Position numbers and translations under genes: made by a program
Notes under the pieces: generated by a model
Told to the model about the DNA's origin: nothing
The model's input: only the letters and a program-made list of their open reading frames with translations
Databases searched by the model: none
Origin: Squalus acanthias
Lineage: Eukaryota
Length of the DNA stretch: 64,000 bases
Direction: 5' to 3'
NCBI GenBank assembly: GCA_030390025.1
Contig: CM059429.1
Location: 138,198,001 to 138,262,000 of the forward strand
Part shown: piece after piece, positions 23,755 to 37,237 of the stretch
Layout: every line of letters starts with the position of its first letter
Numbering within the stretch: position 1 is the first letter of the stretch

Positions 23755-25112
23755 TCTGGACCTAACGATCTTCGCTTCACTGTGAACATACAATCCTTCT
23801 ACAATTCATCTTTCACCAGGACAGCCTCCACTTCTCCGCCAACAGCGTCCCAACCAGTCTCATCCACCAGCACCCTCCTTCGTCTGGCTGAATTTTTTCT
23901 CACTTTAAAGAACTTTTCCTTTAACTCTACTCATTTCCTCCAGATAAAAGGTGTTGGGAACCTATGGGAACCTGCAAAGGTCCTAGTTATGCCTGCTTTC
24001 ATAGGATATGTTGAACACTCTTTGTTACAATCCAACTCGGGTCCCATCCCTGACCTTTTTTCATTACATTGATGGCTGTATCGGTGCTGCTTCCTGTTCG
24101 CGCCCTGATCTAGAGAATTTCATTAATTTGCCTTCAAATTTCCATCCCTCCCTTACCATGGTCCATCTCTGATTTTTCCCTTCCCTTCCTGGACTTTATC
24201 TCTGTCTCTCTCTCTATCTGGGGATGGGCTTTTCACTCACATCTATTATAAGCCCACTGTCTCCCACACCTGCCTGGATTATACTTCTTCCCACCCCACT
24301 TCCTATAAGGACTCCATTCCCTTCTCCCAGTTTCGCCAACTCCATTGCTTTTGGTCTGATGATGCTACTTTCCACACCAGAGCTTCAAAAGTGTCCTCCT
24401 TTCTCCTCGGATGAGAATTGATCTCTCTGTGTTAGACAGGACCCTTGACCGAGTCTGTCCCATTTCCTGTACCTCTGTCCTCACCCCTTTCCCAGCATCT
24501 CAAAACCATGGTAGGGTCCTCCTTGTTCACATTTTCCACCCCAGCAGCTTTCATGTGCAATAGATCATCTTCCACCATTTCTGCGACCTCCAATGTGATC
24601 CAAACACATCTTCCCTTTACCTTTCCATTTTCCAAAGGGATTGTTCTTTCCATTACGTTCTGGTTAACTCTTTCACCGCCCTACTACCTGCCTCCTTCCG
24701 CTGGCACCTACCTGTGCAAGTGCAGGAGATGCAACACCTAGATATTCATCTCCTCCCACACTACTGTCCAGGGCCTCAAACACTCCTTCAAGTGAAACAG
24801 CATTTTACTTGTATTTCTTCCAACCTATTATACTGTATTAGTTGCTCACAATGCAGTCTCCTCTACATCAAGACAACTAAACAGATATGGTGACCTTTTT
24901 GTTGAAAACCTACACTCCAGCCACAAGTTTGACCACAAGGTCCTAGTCATTTGCCACTTCAATTCCCTGTCCCACTCCCACTCTGACCTCCGTCTTTGAC
25001 CATCTACACTACTCTAATGAAGCTCCACACAACTGGAGGAGCAGCATCTCATCTCTTGACTCGGCACTTTGCAGCCTTCTGGCCATAATATTGACTTTAA
25101 TAAGTTCAGACC
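23755..25112 (+). mobile_element. Degraded Penelope-like element (RT + GIY-YIG endonuclease)
   Basis: LLRLAEFFLTLKNFSFNSTHFLQIKGV, GYVEHSL, YID, LPFLD, YYKPT.SH, CKCRRCNT, FTCISSNLLYCI.CSQC, EEQHLI..LGTLQP motifs spread across frames. Confidence 0.8.
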
Positions 25113-26922
25113 TTATTTATAGTGCCCATTTTCTCTCTGGCAAGAAGTGCTGGTAATGTGACATGGGTCTGTCCAGGATGGGGCAGGGGGAGGGGAGGGA
25201 AGGAGCAGGTTACTGCTTGGAATGGGGACCCTCTGTTGGAACACTGTGTTGGCAAGATGGTCTGCACCCAGTCAACCAGTTTGTTCCTTCTATCAGGCTA
25301 CTGGGCTGCTGACACCGGCTCCGTTTTGCCATTTTTTCATGATCCCTTTCTAGCTGCCTATCTCCCACTTCTCGAGCTATTCACATGCTCTGTGTATCTT
25401 ATTTACATATGAGGCTGATAAAATTGAATAAAATATGGTAGCTTGCCTCGTCTCCTCACTATCCAGTGACTACTGCTGGAAAATTCATGGGTGGGAACGG
25501 GATTGGGCTCCGCTGTGATGCTCCCATGGTCAGATAGATTGCCAACATGCACTGCTTTGGTTCACATGTGGACAGTTGGCCATTGGGTGAGGTACTGAAG
25601 GGCTGGTGACATTCACAGCATGAGTTAGCTCCTTCAGGAACAATGGGAGAAAAGTGGAGAAGTGGAAAAACATCACATGAAAAGACCAGTTACTCTAGAT
25701 CAACATCACCCTGCTTATTTTAAGACATGACGTGCACGCTGCCAAGCTAGTTGACTTTGACTTTGGTGGCTGACTCATTGTGGTTGTTGATATGAATCAA
25801 AAAGGAGTGAACGGATCTGATATCAGTCCAGAGCAAAATCTTTGTGATTGTTCACTTTCTGTTATCAAATTTCTATTGCTGTGAATGATGTCACTAAAAC
25901 AGCTGGACTGCTTAAAACTTCACACTGATAGCTGTGATAACATATTTAGGTAGAATGCTCATTACCAGTCCCAAGGTGCTCATTACCTATTTCACTTTAG
26001 TCAGGCTAAAAATGGGGACCTGACGGCCATAATGCAAAAAACGAGAACATGACGCGAAGCTGAAGAGAGTAGGAAGAAATGTACTGAATAAATCTTGGCT
26101 ACGTTTACAGACAAATGTAAACGCAAATTAATTTAGTGCCTTGAAGCTTAATTGTGCATTTAAACAACTCTTCTGACTGCTTTGGTTTAAGCTAAAATTA
26201 ATCTACAGCTTGACACCCACAAAACGTCTGCCCGATTTGGAACAACTGGGTCATGTGATGATTTGTTTGGTTGCTTTACAGACGTGAATTTGTCGGATTT
26301 ATCAAGAACTAGATTGTGGGAAAGGCGATTACTCGCCATTGAAATTTCAATTGATATAAATTGAATGATGCAGAAAACCTTTTGTCTGTTATCCACACTG
26401 ACAATTATCTGAAGTGTCCATCGTATTTTGAACAGTAGAATGTAGGTTGTACTGTGGTGCAAGGGATGTGATTAAAGCGAACTGGACAATATTAAGATTT
26501 TTTTCTTTCCCATCCTCTTGAGGTAGAATGCCATTTTGTATTATGCTTCTGTCCAGCTCAGCAGCAGAGAGCTGACAAAATTCAATCAAATAAAATGAGA
26601 ATATTTCTGTAAGTAGCTGTATTGGGGTTTGATTTCATCAGTCAGGTGTCAAGTGATTGACTTGTTCAGTTACTAGAGCCTCGATTTTTCTGATACAGGC
26701 ACAGTTCAGACCTGAAGATAAAGAGTGGATTTAGGGAGACTCAAATGGAAGTGTACTGTTGGCACACAGATTTCAGTGGGTGTAGAGAGCACATAAACGA
26801 TGGAAGCAGAAAATTGCATGCAAGTGAAATTTAAAGAGAAAGGGACAATTAAAAGGGGGCGTCAGATTAGGGGGAGCAAAATTCTGAAGGCCTCTGGAAA
26901 GGTTGAGGATCTATCTCAACCC

Positions 26923-27123
26923 ATTAACATACATTACAACAGTGACTACACTTCAACAACAACAACTTGCATTTATATAGCACCTTTAATGTAGTAAAAC
27001 ATTCCAAGGCTCTTCACAGGAGTGTTATCAAACAAAAATCAAGAACAAAAAGTACTTAATTGACTGGAAAGCGCTTTGGGACGTCGTGAGGTTGTGAAAG
27101 GTGCTATATAAATGCAAGTCTTT
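26923..27123 (+). mobile_element. DeuSINE 3' part interrupted by an inverted L2 tail (~26954-27040)
   Basis: acattacaacagtgactacacttcaa | caacaacaacttgcatttatatagc...ttatcaaacaaaa | aaagtacttaattgactgg...aatgcaagtc. Confidence 0.6.
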
Positions 27124-27764
27124 GGGGGGAAAATTGAGTTGCGCCCCCTTTGGGGCAGCGCCCTGAAAAAAAAGTAGCGCCTCCGTGGCCGAAATTGAAT
27201 GGTAGCACCCCAAGAGGGAAGCGGGGTGCTACTGGAAGCGCCCCGCCTCCCTCCCTCTTGGGGCGCTGCGAGGGAATATCGCAGCACTATGTGCAGCGGT
27301 ACTGCAGGCCTTCCTCCCCTTCTTAAAGAGGAGGGGTCTGGCGCAGCGCGTCCCGGCGTCCAGCTGGGCCACCAGGGATCGGAGTGCCGGCAAAAGAGCC
27401 CGGCACTGAAGAGAAGTGCCGGGCTCATGGAGCGCAGCCGGCACTCTGCGGGGGGGGGCTTCTCGGACGGCAGAGCGGGCAGGTGCTGGCAGGCGGCCAG
27501 CAACAAAAATGGCCGCCCAGCACCTCGCCTTTAATTAGCGCTGTCCCAGCCGCAGGTAGGCCCCCACTAACCCCGTCGTATATAGCACCCAGCGGTAAGT
27601 CGGGGCGCTACCGAAGATCACGGCTGGGGCGCGAGCGGGCGCTGCGCACGGCGATGACGTCATTGCCTGCGGCGCAGCACCGCGGGGCGCTAACGGTTAC
27701 CGCCGCCGCTAACCTCCCTCTTAGGGCGCTAACAGGAGGCGCAAAGCAACCGAATTTTTCCCCC
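27124..27764. mobile_element. CpG-rich Harbinger/Tourist-like MITE, 641 bp
   Basis: TIRs GGGGGGAAAATT / AATTTTTCCCCC, TTT TSD on both sides, inserted in a SINE tail; CpGs largely undecayed. Confidence 0.8.
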
Positions 27765-29281
27765 TTTCTTAACCTTGGCCGCAGGTGTCCATGCGGCAGA
27801 TGGCACAGCTTTACATCTGGCTTTCTGCTGTCCTGGACCCTGAGAGATAAGTTGCCCGTGGTCGTTGTCAGCTAGGTGTGACAATACCTTCAGATATTGT
27901 TGGTGGCATCTTGGTGGGTGAAGCCAATCGGGGCGAGCTGGCTGTTGATTGCCCTGGCAAACCTCTCGTACAATGCCACTGAGTGTGTGACACATACAGT
28001 TATTCTGGAATTCATTTGTCAATGTTGAGACTCCAGAGGAATGGAACTTCCACACATTTTCTGCTCCAGGCGGCCTGATTTATACTAGTAGAATATCCAG
28101 GCTTGTGTGGTTTGGATTTATTTTCAATTTTATTTATATCTTTAGTGGAACAAAGAAGAAACACAGAAACCAGCGCCCATGCAGATAAGGATATCTGAGT
28201 AGAAGGGAAGGAGGGTGTGTTCATTTGAAAAACATTTTGACTCTCCACTTTCAACTGTTGGATTAAACTGTGTTACAATTCAAGTTTCTTCCAATACTTT
28301 ACTCATGGTCACAGCAACATGGCAGTTATCATCCACAGGCCCACACATCCAGTGACGTGCTGGGACCTCAGCTGGTTGTCCTATGACAGCCTGCAACATG
28401 CAAATACCAGCGGGGCCCAGATTCTTAGCCACTTTCCCTCCTGTCTGCCCTGCTTAGCGATGTTCCATGGGACCATCAGGTGAAGTCAAGTGATAGTCTG
28501 TGGGCTAGTGGCTGGCAGACCCTGAACTGTGAGAATCGGGGGGGTGCGGGGGGGGGGGGGGTGCTTTGTAGTGGTCTCTTTTCCCTCCAATTTCCCCCAA
28601 ACACCTACCGTGGTAGGCCTCGGTTAACTGCATCTTCGGGGAGGGGACCCTCTGCCCTTTTACATGCCCTGGTTCTTTGGGTGCTGCAGTAGCAGTCGTG
28701 CTGCAGCACCGCCTAATTTTCTTGGGTGACACTGCTGGTGGCAACCTCCTCAGGAGCCCATGTTACATTATGACTCCTGACCCAGGAAAATGGACCGGGG
28801 GCCTGGCGGGGTGGGATTAGCGACTAGAAGTCCCGCCCAACTCTAAGGGAGGGAAAAAGAAAATCCGCCCCTACATATTTCAGGATAATTTGTAAGATGT
28901 ATATTCACTGAGAACCAAAATAAATCAACAGATAAAACAGCAATACAGTATCTAATTTTCACAGATACTTTAAACCAGTTTTTAAAAATCAAAATAATAA
29001 AGTGCTTCAGAATTCTTAGGCCGCGACTTTGCCATAGGAGGCGGGTTCGCATCGGGTCGGCTGGTCGGCGGTTTCCAGTCCCGCTGCCGGTTTCAGCCGC
29101 ACTGAAATAACTATTTTGCCTTAACTGGGCTGATTACGTGCTCGTTACCCGGCCCAATCAGTGGGTTCGGGTCTGCTGCTCGCCTCTGCTGACGTCTTCG
29201 ATTCGGCTGCATTAAGGGGTCCGTGCAGCCTTGTGGTGTTTCATTCACATTCTGATGCTTCTCAGTGTTACTGATAGCGAG

Positions 29282-32182
29282 ATGACTGCTTCAAGAGCCA
29301 AGGCTTCTCCCAGATTCGATGATGACTCCATCCATGCTCTCGTGGAGGGAGTGAGAGGGCGCAAGGAGGTTCTGTTCCCCTCCAATGAACGTAGGAAACC
29401 TCCTCGGCAAACCAAGGCAGCCTGGCTGCAAATTGCTGAGGAGGTTAGCGCCAGGTCTTTGTGTGCACGCACATGGGTTCAGTGCAGGAAAAGGTTCAAT
29501 GATCCGCTACGCTCAGGAAAAGTGAGTATAACATCACACTTGCCTTCAATCTGCTCCCCATCTCTTCTCATCACCAGCACTCTGCATTGTCAATCTACTC
29601 CTCCACATCCCAACTCACCCGTGCATCCCTTGCACCCTTAACCATCCCTCTCTCTCTCTGTACAGACTCACTCCACCGTTCTACTATTTTTTTTATTTAT
29701 TCGTTTATGGGATGTGGGCGTCGCTGGCAAGGCCAGCATTTATTGCCCATCCCTAATTGCCCTTGAGAAGGTGGTGGTGAGCCGCCTTCTTGAACCGCTG
29801 CAGTCTGTGTGATGAAGGTACTCCCACAGTGCTGTTAGGGAGAGAGTTCCAGGATTTTGACCCAGCGACAATGAAGGATCGGCGATATACTTCTAAGTCA
29901 GGATGATGTGTGACTTGGAGGGGGAACAAGAGGTGGTGGTGTTCCCATGTGTCTGCTGCCCTTGTCCTTCTAGGTGAAAGAGATCGTGGGTTTGGGAGGT
30001 GCTGCCGAAGAACCTTGGCGAGTTGCTGCAGTGCATCTTGTAGATGGTACACACTGCAGTCACGGTACGCCGGTGGTGGAGGGAGTGGATGTTTAAGGTG
30101 GTAGAGGGGGTGCCAATCAAGTGGGCTGCTTTGTCCTGGATGGTGTCGAGCTTCTTGAGTGTTGTTGGAGCTGCACTCATCCAGGCAAGTGGAGAGTATT
30201 CCATCACACTCCTTACTTGTGCCTTGTAGATGGTAGAAAGGCTTTGGGGAATCAGGAGGTGAGACACTTGCCGCAGAATACCCAGCCTCTGACCTGCTCT
30301 TGTTGCCACAGTATTTATGTGGCTGGTCCAGTTAAGTTTCTGGTCAATGGTGACCCCAGGATGTTGATGGTGGGGGATTCGGTGATGGTATTGACATTGA
30401 ATGTCAAGGGGCGGTGTTTAGACTCTCGCTTGTTGGAGATAGTCATTGCCTGGCACTTGTGTGGCGCGAATGTTACTTGCCACTTATCAGCCCAAGCCTG
30501 AACGTCGTCCAGGTCTTGCATGCGGGCATGGACTGAGGAGTTGCGAATGGCGCTGAACACTGGCAGTCATCAGCGAACATCCCTACTTCTGACCTTATGT
30601 TGGAGGGAAGGACATTGATTAAGCAGCTGAAGATGGTTGGGCCTAGAACACTGCCCTGAGGAACTCCTGCAGCGATGTCCTGGGGCTGTGATGGTACTAT
30701 GCACCCCTCACACTCGTTCTCACTGTTATGCAATGGCAACACCTAACAACGCACAGGGAGTGCCCTTGGTATTGGCACCTCACTCTATCTTTGTCTCCCT
30801 CTAAGCATCTATGCTATGGATTCTCTACATTCACTCCAACATTCTCGCTCAAACTGCACCTGTGTCCCTCATTGCAGGAAAAGGGAGCCCACAATAAGAG
30901 GGAGAGGTGGAGGACAGGAGGAGGGCCACCTTCCATGGCGCTCTTAACCACCGCTGAGGAGGCTGCTATTGAGATTGTCGGACGTGCAGAGGAGCTGGAA
31001 GTGGGGGACGGAGAGACGGGCACAGTAGAGCAAGCTGGTGACAGAATAGATTAGATTTCATGAGTGACTGATATGGCATCTGATGTTCATACAGATTGAG
31101 TTCTGATCATCTACCCAATGGGATGTGTCTGCTACGTTAATATCACATGCCTAACTCATGCCTTTACTCCCCCACAAGACCATCGAGAGCCCCCCTCCCC
31201 ACTGTCCAGGAGGAAGAGCTGGAAGTCTCCTCGGAGGAAGCTGCAGCCTCTGAGGGAGCAGCATCAGCAGAACTGAGCGCACCCAGCACCAGCGCAGAGA
31301 CACACACCTCGGTGGGTCATTCGCGAGATATAGTAGTGATGTCACCTGGTGTATCACAGCTCACAAGTGAGCATCAGCAGATGGTGGAGACAGGGACAGC
31401 AGTGGAGAGTCCTCGTCGGAGGGCGCTGAATGCTCCTAGCTCTGCTCAGCTGCATGTAGATGCTGTGCCTCTGGAGCCATCCAGAAAGAGAGCGGTGCTG
31501 GAACTTCAGGATCAAGTGCCGGAGTCTCTGACAGGGTTTGCAACAACTGTAACTGTGAGTGTTCAGAGAATGGAGGAGTCCATCTCAAACATGAGCAATG
31601 CCGTGGTACACGCAATGGAGAATGTAGGTCCCGCCATGGAAAGGATGGCAACCTCCATGGAGGACATAAATCGCCAGACACAAATTAACATGGTGACTCT
31701 TCTAAATAGATGGTCTGCTATGGAGGATAGATGGGCATCTATTGAGGAGAGGAACCAGAGGTACATGGACATCCTCGTTATGAGGACTGTCAGTACAGTG
31801 ACGGGTTCTCATGGCCCCACTGATGTGTAGCAAGGTACTCTCCATCTACTTGCTAGCAGTGAAGTGCGGGTGACCCATGAGAGGGATGTTGGTGGTCGAC
31901 AACAAGGAAGTGTTGGCTCCTCTCCAAGTGCTCACACTGCGGAGTCCTCGGTCAGAGCCCCAGATTCCTCACCCAACTGAGATGGCCATCTCAGCCCCTG
32001 CACAGCTGCAGGAGGAGCAGACTGTTGCGGAGCCCTCCCAGGCTCCCAAAGCGAAAGGACGCCCGCCAAAGGCGTCGAAGCAGGTGCAGCATTAAAGTGA
32101 GCAAGGTGTCTCTACATTTGCTGAAGCCACAGGGGAAGTACCACGTAGAAGCACGCGTAAGAGAAAGTCTACACACAAATAG
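29282..32182 (+). pseudogene. Three-exon Harbinger Myb/SANT protein gene (Myb DBD, acidic/disordered region, coiled coil, AT-hook-like KGRPPK, basic RRSTRKRK)
   Basis: Exon 1 29282-29521, exon 2 30878-31037, exon 3 31178-32182. Exon-3 acceptor AG changed to AA, premature stops at 31828 and 32093, frameshift near 31945. Confidence 0.85.
29688..30694 (-). mobile_element. 5'-truncated CR1-group LINE in Myb intron 1
   Basis: GVPQGSVLGP, FADD, ATRAGQRLGILR...VRSVMEYSPLAW; poly(A) tail; TSD TACTAT at 29682-29687 and 30695-30700. Confidence 0.9.
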
Positions 32183-32950
32183 TCACTAAGGTAGTCACTT
32201 GGGTGTTTTGATCGAATACAAAGTTACGTTTCTTATCGTTATTTCAATTGTATTAAAGAAATGCGATGGCAAAGATTCAAAGAGTTGGCCTATGTGTGCT
32301 CAAAAATGGAAGTTGCACAGTGAGGGGTCAGGGCACCTTTCATCTGTAATGATGGTGGTGAGAGTGACAGGAAACCACAGTTTATTGTACAGATGCTGTA
32401 TAGTGTGTTAAGAAGGTCACTTACAAGCTCAATAGACCGGCAGAATGTGTTCCAAAACCTCAGAACAGAAAGTTCTGGCATCTGAAAGTCGGCCATGTTA
32501 AAGGTCCGCTTTTATGCTGCAGGAGCAGCTGTCAAGTATTCAGCTAGTTGCTGAACCCGGCACAATCAGCTGGCGTGTTTGTCGCACGATGTGCAACACG
32601 CTGAAAATGTAACAAAATGGGAAGAGCCTCTTAAAATCGGATTATCTCTCCCACCGCTTGGTGTCGGGTTTGATCGGAACTCGCAGACCCGACACTTTGT
32701 AAAGTTGTGTGGAGGCGGGATGGTGGCGTGTTCGCAACCCACCGTCAATCATTTTGATTTTAAGTCCCGACCCACCTCCAAACCCACCCTCTGAGCGCTG
32801 GCAAAATCGCGGCCTTCATCTTTTTTCAGAGTCGTTAACTGGTTATTGGATTGATATTACATCAGCACTTCAACTACATAGAATTCTGCCTTGTTGCCAT
32901 GACATAATTCCAGTTCCACTAAATGAGCTAAAAATATTGCTAATAGCTAC

Positions 32951-33374
32951 AGGTGTCAGCATTGGCTCAGTGGTAGCACTCTCGCCTCTCTAAGTCAGAA
33001 GGTTGTGGGTTCAAGTCCCACTGCAGAGACCTCAGCACATAACCTTGGCTGATATTTCATTACATGAGGGAGTGTTGCACTGTTAGAGGTCCTGTCTTTT
33101 GCAGGACGTAAAAAATCCCATGGCACTATTCGAAAAAGAGCAGGGCAGTTCTGTCTGGTGTCCTGGCCAATATTTATCCCTCAACCAACATTGCTAAAAC
33201 AGATTATCTGGTCATTTATCTCATTGCTGTTGCTTGGACCTTGCTGTGTTGGCTGCCACGTTTCACTACGTTACAACAGCGACTATACTTCAAAAGTACT
33301 TCATTGGCTGTAAAGCAGCTTGGGATGTCCTGCGGTCATGAAAGGTGCTATATAAATGCAAGTTCTTTCTTTCT
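32951..33374 (+). mobile_element. DeuSINE, near full length
   Basis: A box TGGCTCAGTGG, B box GGTTCAAGTCC, Deu core, tail. Confidence 0.85.
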
Positions 33375-35402
33375 ATTTACCCCTGGTCTATCTGTAGCTG
33401 CTGACACCTCAAAAACCAAAGGAAACTTGTCGCAATCAGCAAGTGCCTTTGAAATAAACCCAAACTCTTTTCTCAACAGGTTGGTAATCAATACTAATAA
33501 TTTCTATCACTGGGAACTGTTTTAAAAAAAAACACTGCTGACTGACTGACTAATTTATTTATTACATCAGACTCAAGACAAAGCCAATTGGAATTTTATG
33601 TTTGCGCAGGCCACTCCCTTCCCCTTTGTGGAAACCTTATGATCAACAAGCTATCAAATCTTATATCTACAGAAGAGAATTTCTATACTACTTACACATA
33701 ATGCCTCCAGATAGAAGTATAGATTTGCACTGTGTACAGGGTCTCGAGATCCTTAGCAGAAACAACAGCCATGGCTTCCATTTTAAAAAATCCTAGTGCC
33801 CTGGCCTAGTTACAATTTAAATTAAAAGTATGATATAGAGATATTTATTAACACGACGCAGAATGGAACATGTGTTCAAATGTGAATTGTTTGTTGTTTT
33901 TCAGTTTAAAACAAGATATTCAATAGACATTCACACAAACACGGTATGAGGTGAGCTGTTGATAAATATTTTGAAAGGTGTCCAACAGTTTCCACCTTAT
34001 TGCATCGTACTTACTACATGCAAATGTCATGGTTTTGTTTCTTGATTAGACATATCCGTTGCTAATCAGAACTCCCATGAATTTGCTCTCTGGAGAGCTC
34101 CGTGCCATTTGGGTTGACTGCTTGCTTTTATCTATCCTCTCCTTTTCACTAATGAGAAGGCCTAATTATAAATTTGATGCTGGATGGCTGTCAGCTATGG
34201 TTTACTGTATAGTACAGTGTAAGGGAGATACCGAGTCATTTTCAGGCAGCAGCTGTCATACAGCTGTTCGAAGCAATATTAAAGGCTCTTTTATCTGTTT
34301 CATTTTGGAATTCTCGCACTTCATTAAACAAGACAACTGCCATCAAACTGCTGCCTTTTTTTAGTTACAGGATGTGAAAGACCTACCACTCGTGACCTGT
34401 CTCTTGTTAATAAAAGTGTTGTTTTGAGGGGCTGTCTTACAGCAGACCGGCAAGTCCGTCATTGGTGCTGTTGACTTGCAGCTGTCTTAGTCCCAAGATG
34501 ATCGTGTTTGTTTATCCTTTCTATTCCCAATAATATGACAGCACATAAAAATGGCTTCTGAGGGTCAAAGGTAAATGAATGCTAAGCATGTTGTGAGTGC
34601 AGTGAAAGCATCTGACTTCATTACACTGAACAGCTCTTTACCTTTAAGTTAGAATGGCCTCTGAGTTGAGGGGTCATGAATAGCATTGACAGTACAGTAC
34701 TACACTAAATCACCAATGTTTCAAGTGAATATAGGTAACTGGTTGACACAGTAATTAAAACATTCAAGCCCCGATTTTAATTCGGACTGAGAATCAGGGG
34801 TGCAGAGGCTGAAGTGGGTGGCGATCTGTTCAGTTCCCCCGAAGTGTGAGGCCCAGGCGATTTGAACTCCCCAGGCCTCATTTATATCGCCTTCACTGAC
34901 TCCTGCCCGAAGCCGGCAGGGATGAATAAAATAGTCCACGTAAATTAAGTCCTAGTCAGGGTTATCATCCTCACTTGGAGTTTTTATTTTCATCATGTAA
35001 GCAAGTATCCTGCTGATGCAGATAATGCAAGTCCCAGGGAGATGTGTATTGCTTTCAGGGTCTTGGAAAGAAGCACCTTGTGGGGATTATGTCGCAGATT
35101 GTTCTTATTACATGTTTCAGTATCAATATCAGCATGTGATTGAATGACAGAATCTGCACACCTATTACTTTCATCCTCCCCTCTCCCTGAAATGGAGGCC
35201 TGTTCTACTGCAGCCAATGATTGATAAGGCCCTCGCATTGATGGCAAGGAAGATGTAAGATGAGGCTGGCTCTGAGCTCATCAATTTTTGGGTTTGGAGT
35301 TCTTCAACTTGTGTTGAAACTATTGGTTTCCCCACGACTCATGTTTTATAAAGGAATGTGTTCATTTTATTTGATCGCTCACTATCGCTGCATTCACTTA
35401 GA

Positions 35403-35615
35403 TTGAGCCTTGGCTCAATGGTAGCACTCTTGCCTCTAGAGTCAAAAGGTCATGTGTTCAAGCACCACTCACATAATCTAATTTCAAATAAAGCTGTTGG
35501 ACTATAACCTGGTGTTGTGCGACTTCTCACTATAATCTAGGTTGACACTTTAGTGCTGCACTGTCAAAAGTGCTATCTTTTGACTGGGACGTTGGACCAA
35601 GGTCCAATCTGCTCT
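35403..35615 (+). mobile_element. Degraded DeuSINE 5' part hosting a 51-bp Penelope insertion
   Basis: tggctcaatggtagcactcttgcctct...gttcaagcaccactc; SINE sequence resumes after the insert. Confidence 0.65.
35481..35531 (+). mobile_element. 51-bp Penelope terminal fragment
   Basis: Identical to 56482-56532; TSD ATAATCTA at 35473-35480 and 35532-35539. Confidence 0.85.
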
Positions 35616-36079
35616 CTGGTCACCAAGCTCAGATGACCATTGGGATCCAGATTTCATGAGTTCCTGCTTTAGTTTTCTGTGCAGATACTCCTTTTCATAT
35701 GACATTTAAAGATTATCAAGTAGAATGTGCTTTTATACAGTGGGGAAAAAACCAATGGTAAACAGATTGTTCCTATACCCAAGATTTATTGATCTAGCTT
35801 TCAATTTCATTTGTCACAAATTGCATGTTGTTATCAAATGTAAGTTATGATGAATAACATAAGGTGAGAGGGTGATGATATCAGAATGTGGGCAGTGTCC
35901 TACATTTGGCAGAGTATGGAACTGTGATGGCCTGGAGCGCTCTCGATCTGCCACCCAGTCCAAGAATGGAAATGTGGCACATTTATCCACAGTCCTAAAT
36001 TGATGAAACCTGCTGGGAGACAAGAGCACGTGAGGGAGAGGTTTTGTTAAACATGTGTTTAAAGTCTTATTTGGCTTAT

Positions 36080-36410
36080 GCAGACTTGGCATGTAATTCC
36101 AGCCATCTTGGAGCATTGTCATCACCAGTATGCAAAGTGTGCAGTCCACCAGATAGTTTAGTTAGTGGATTCAGCGATGTGCGACGTGGTTGATATTTCT
36201 CCACATGGACATTTGTCATCGTCACAAAGGCCCCATTGGTGCAGATTTGAGGCGCACTCTCCCTGTCTAATTTGAAAGTGGTTGAGAGTGCCCAGCAACG
36301 ACGTGGCCAGTTGAGTCCTGCTCTGTAGGGTCGGAGATGACATGGTGATTTGTAGGAGCATCTGCTGTCTACTCTTCCCGCCAGCGAGTTGAGAAGGAAA
36401 AGTCAAAGGA
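36080..36410 (-). mobile_element. Old non-LTR retrotransposon C-terminal fragment with CCHC-type knuckle (clade uncertain)
   Basis: TLNHFQIRQGECASNLHQWGLCDDDKCPCGEISTTSHIAES resembles the LNRFRTG.GRC...WG....C.CG..QT..HI motif. Confidence 0.55.
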
Positions 36411-36606
36411 ATCAGGAAAGATTGACCATATTGAGTATCTCAAAGAGAGCCCACACTGTTGGTGGATACAACAATATGAAGTCTGATAGAGTTATCCAGT
36501 ATTGCAGTGACTCCTCACTGTCTCATTGCTTATTCCTATAATTGTCTTCTCATTCTGCATAGGCTATTCCTCATTTTTATTATGTTTTTCCCCTCTGAAA
36601 GACCTT

Positions 36607-37237
36607 GGAGTTGAAATTGTTATACATTGCACTCATATTTTGGCATAAAACAGGTGCAAAGCATACCAATTTAGCAGTGGGGGGGCCTGTACTCAATGTG
36701 CGCAAACGTTGGTCCCATTGCTAAATTCATGGGACCCTTTTTTTTTTAAGGAGTCTCCGGGCGGATGCACGGAACAGAAGTTGGGCTCCTTAACTATGTA
36801 AATTAGGGACATACGTCTGTCTAAGGACCCCATCAAGAAATTTGTCGGCTTATTTTTTCTTCAGCGACCCCACGGCCACCAACGAAAGGTCAATGACATT
36901 CTTTTTTAAAACGCCCCCAGTGGAGCCGGAGAGCAGGTTGTGCTCCCCCTGACTCCACAGGTAACGCAATTGCCCCACCTCCCGTAGCCCGTTCCGACCC
37001 CCGCCCCCTCCTGGGACTTACCTGAGGGCCACTGCCGGTGGGCAAGTGGCCTGACATTGATGTCTTTGATTGGGCGAGCTGTCTGTGGAGTAACCAGCGC
37101 TGGCAGCTTGTGCCGAGTAGGCCGATGAGGCCCAAGAACCAATTTCCATTGATCCACGGGCCACTCGGTTTAGGTGGGCAATGGGTGTTCAGCAGCGAGT
37201 GTGGGCCCATGAAGGGACCTAGATCAAAATCTACCCC
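36607..37237. mobile_element. Harbinger-like MITE
   Basis: Imperfect TIRs GGAGTTGAAATT / AAAATCTACCCC with CTT on both flanks; GC-rich interior. Confidence 0.55.

Larger units (their letters stand above)
29019..32814 (+). mobile_element. PIF/Harbinger element C: complete ends, Myb gene only, no transposase
   Basis: TIR GGCCGCGACTTTGCCA at 29019 and its complement TGGCAAAATCGCGGCC ending 32814 (1 mismatch); flanks TTA/TTC. Confidence 0.88.

Noticed and set aside
31147-31830. 227-aa stand-alone coiled-coil ORF as a novel host gene
   Set aside because: It is exon 3 of the element C Myb gene, ended by a premature TAG (CAG in element D).
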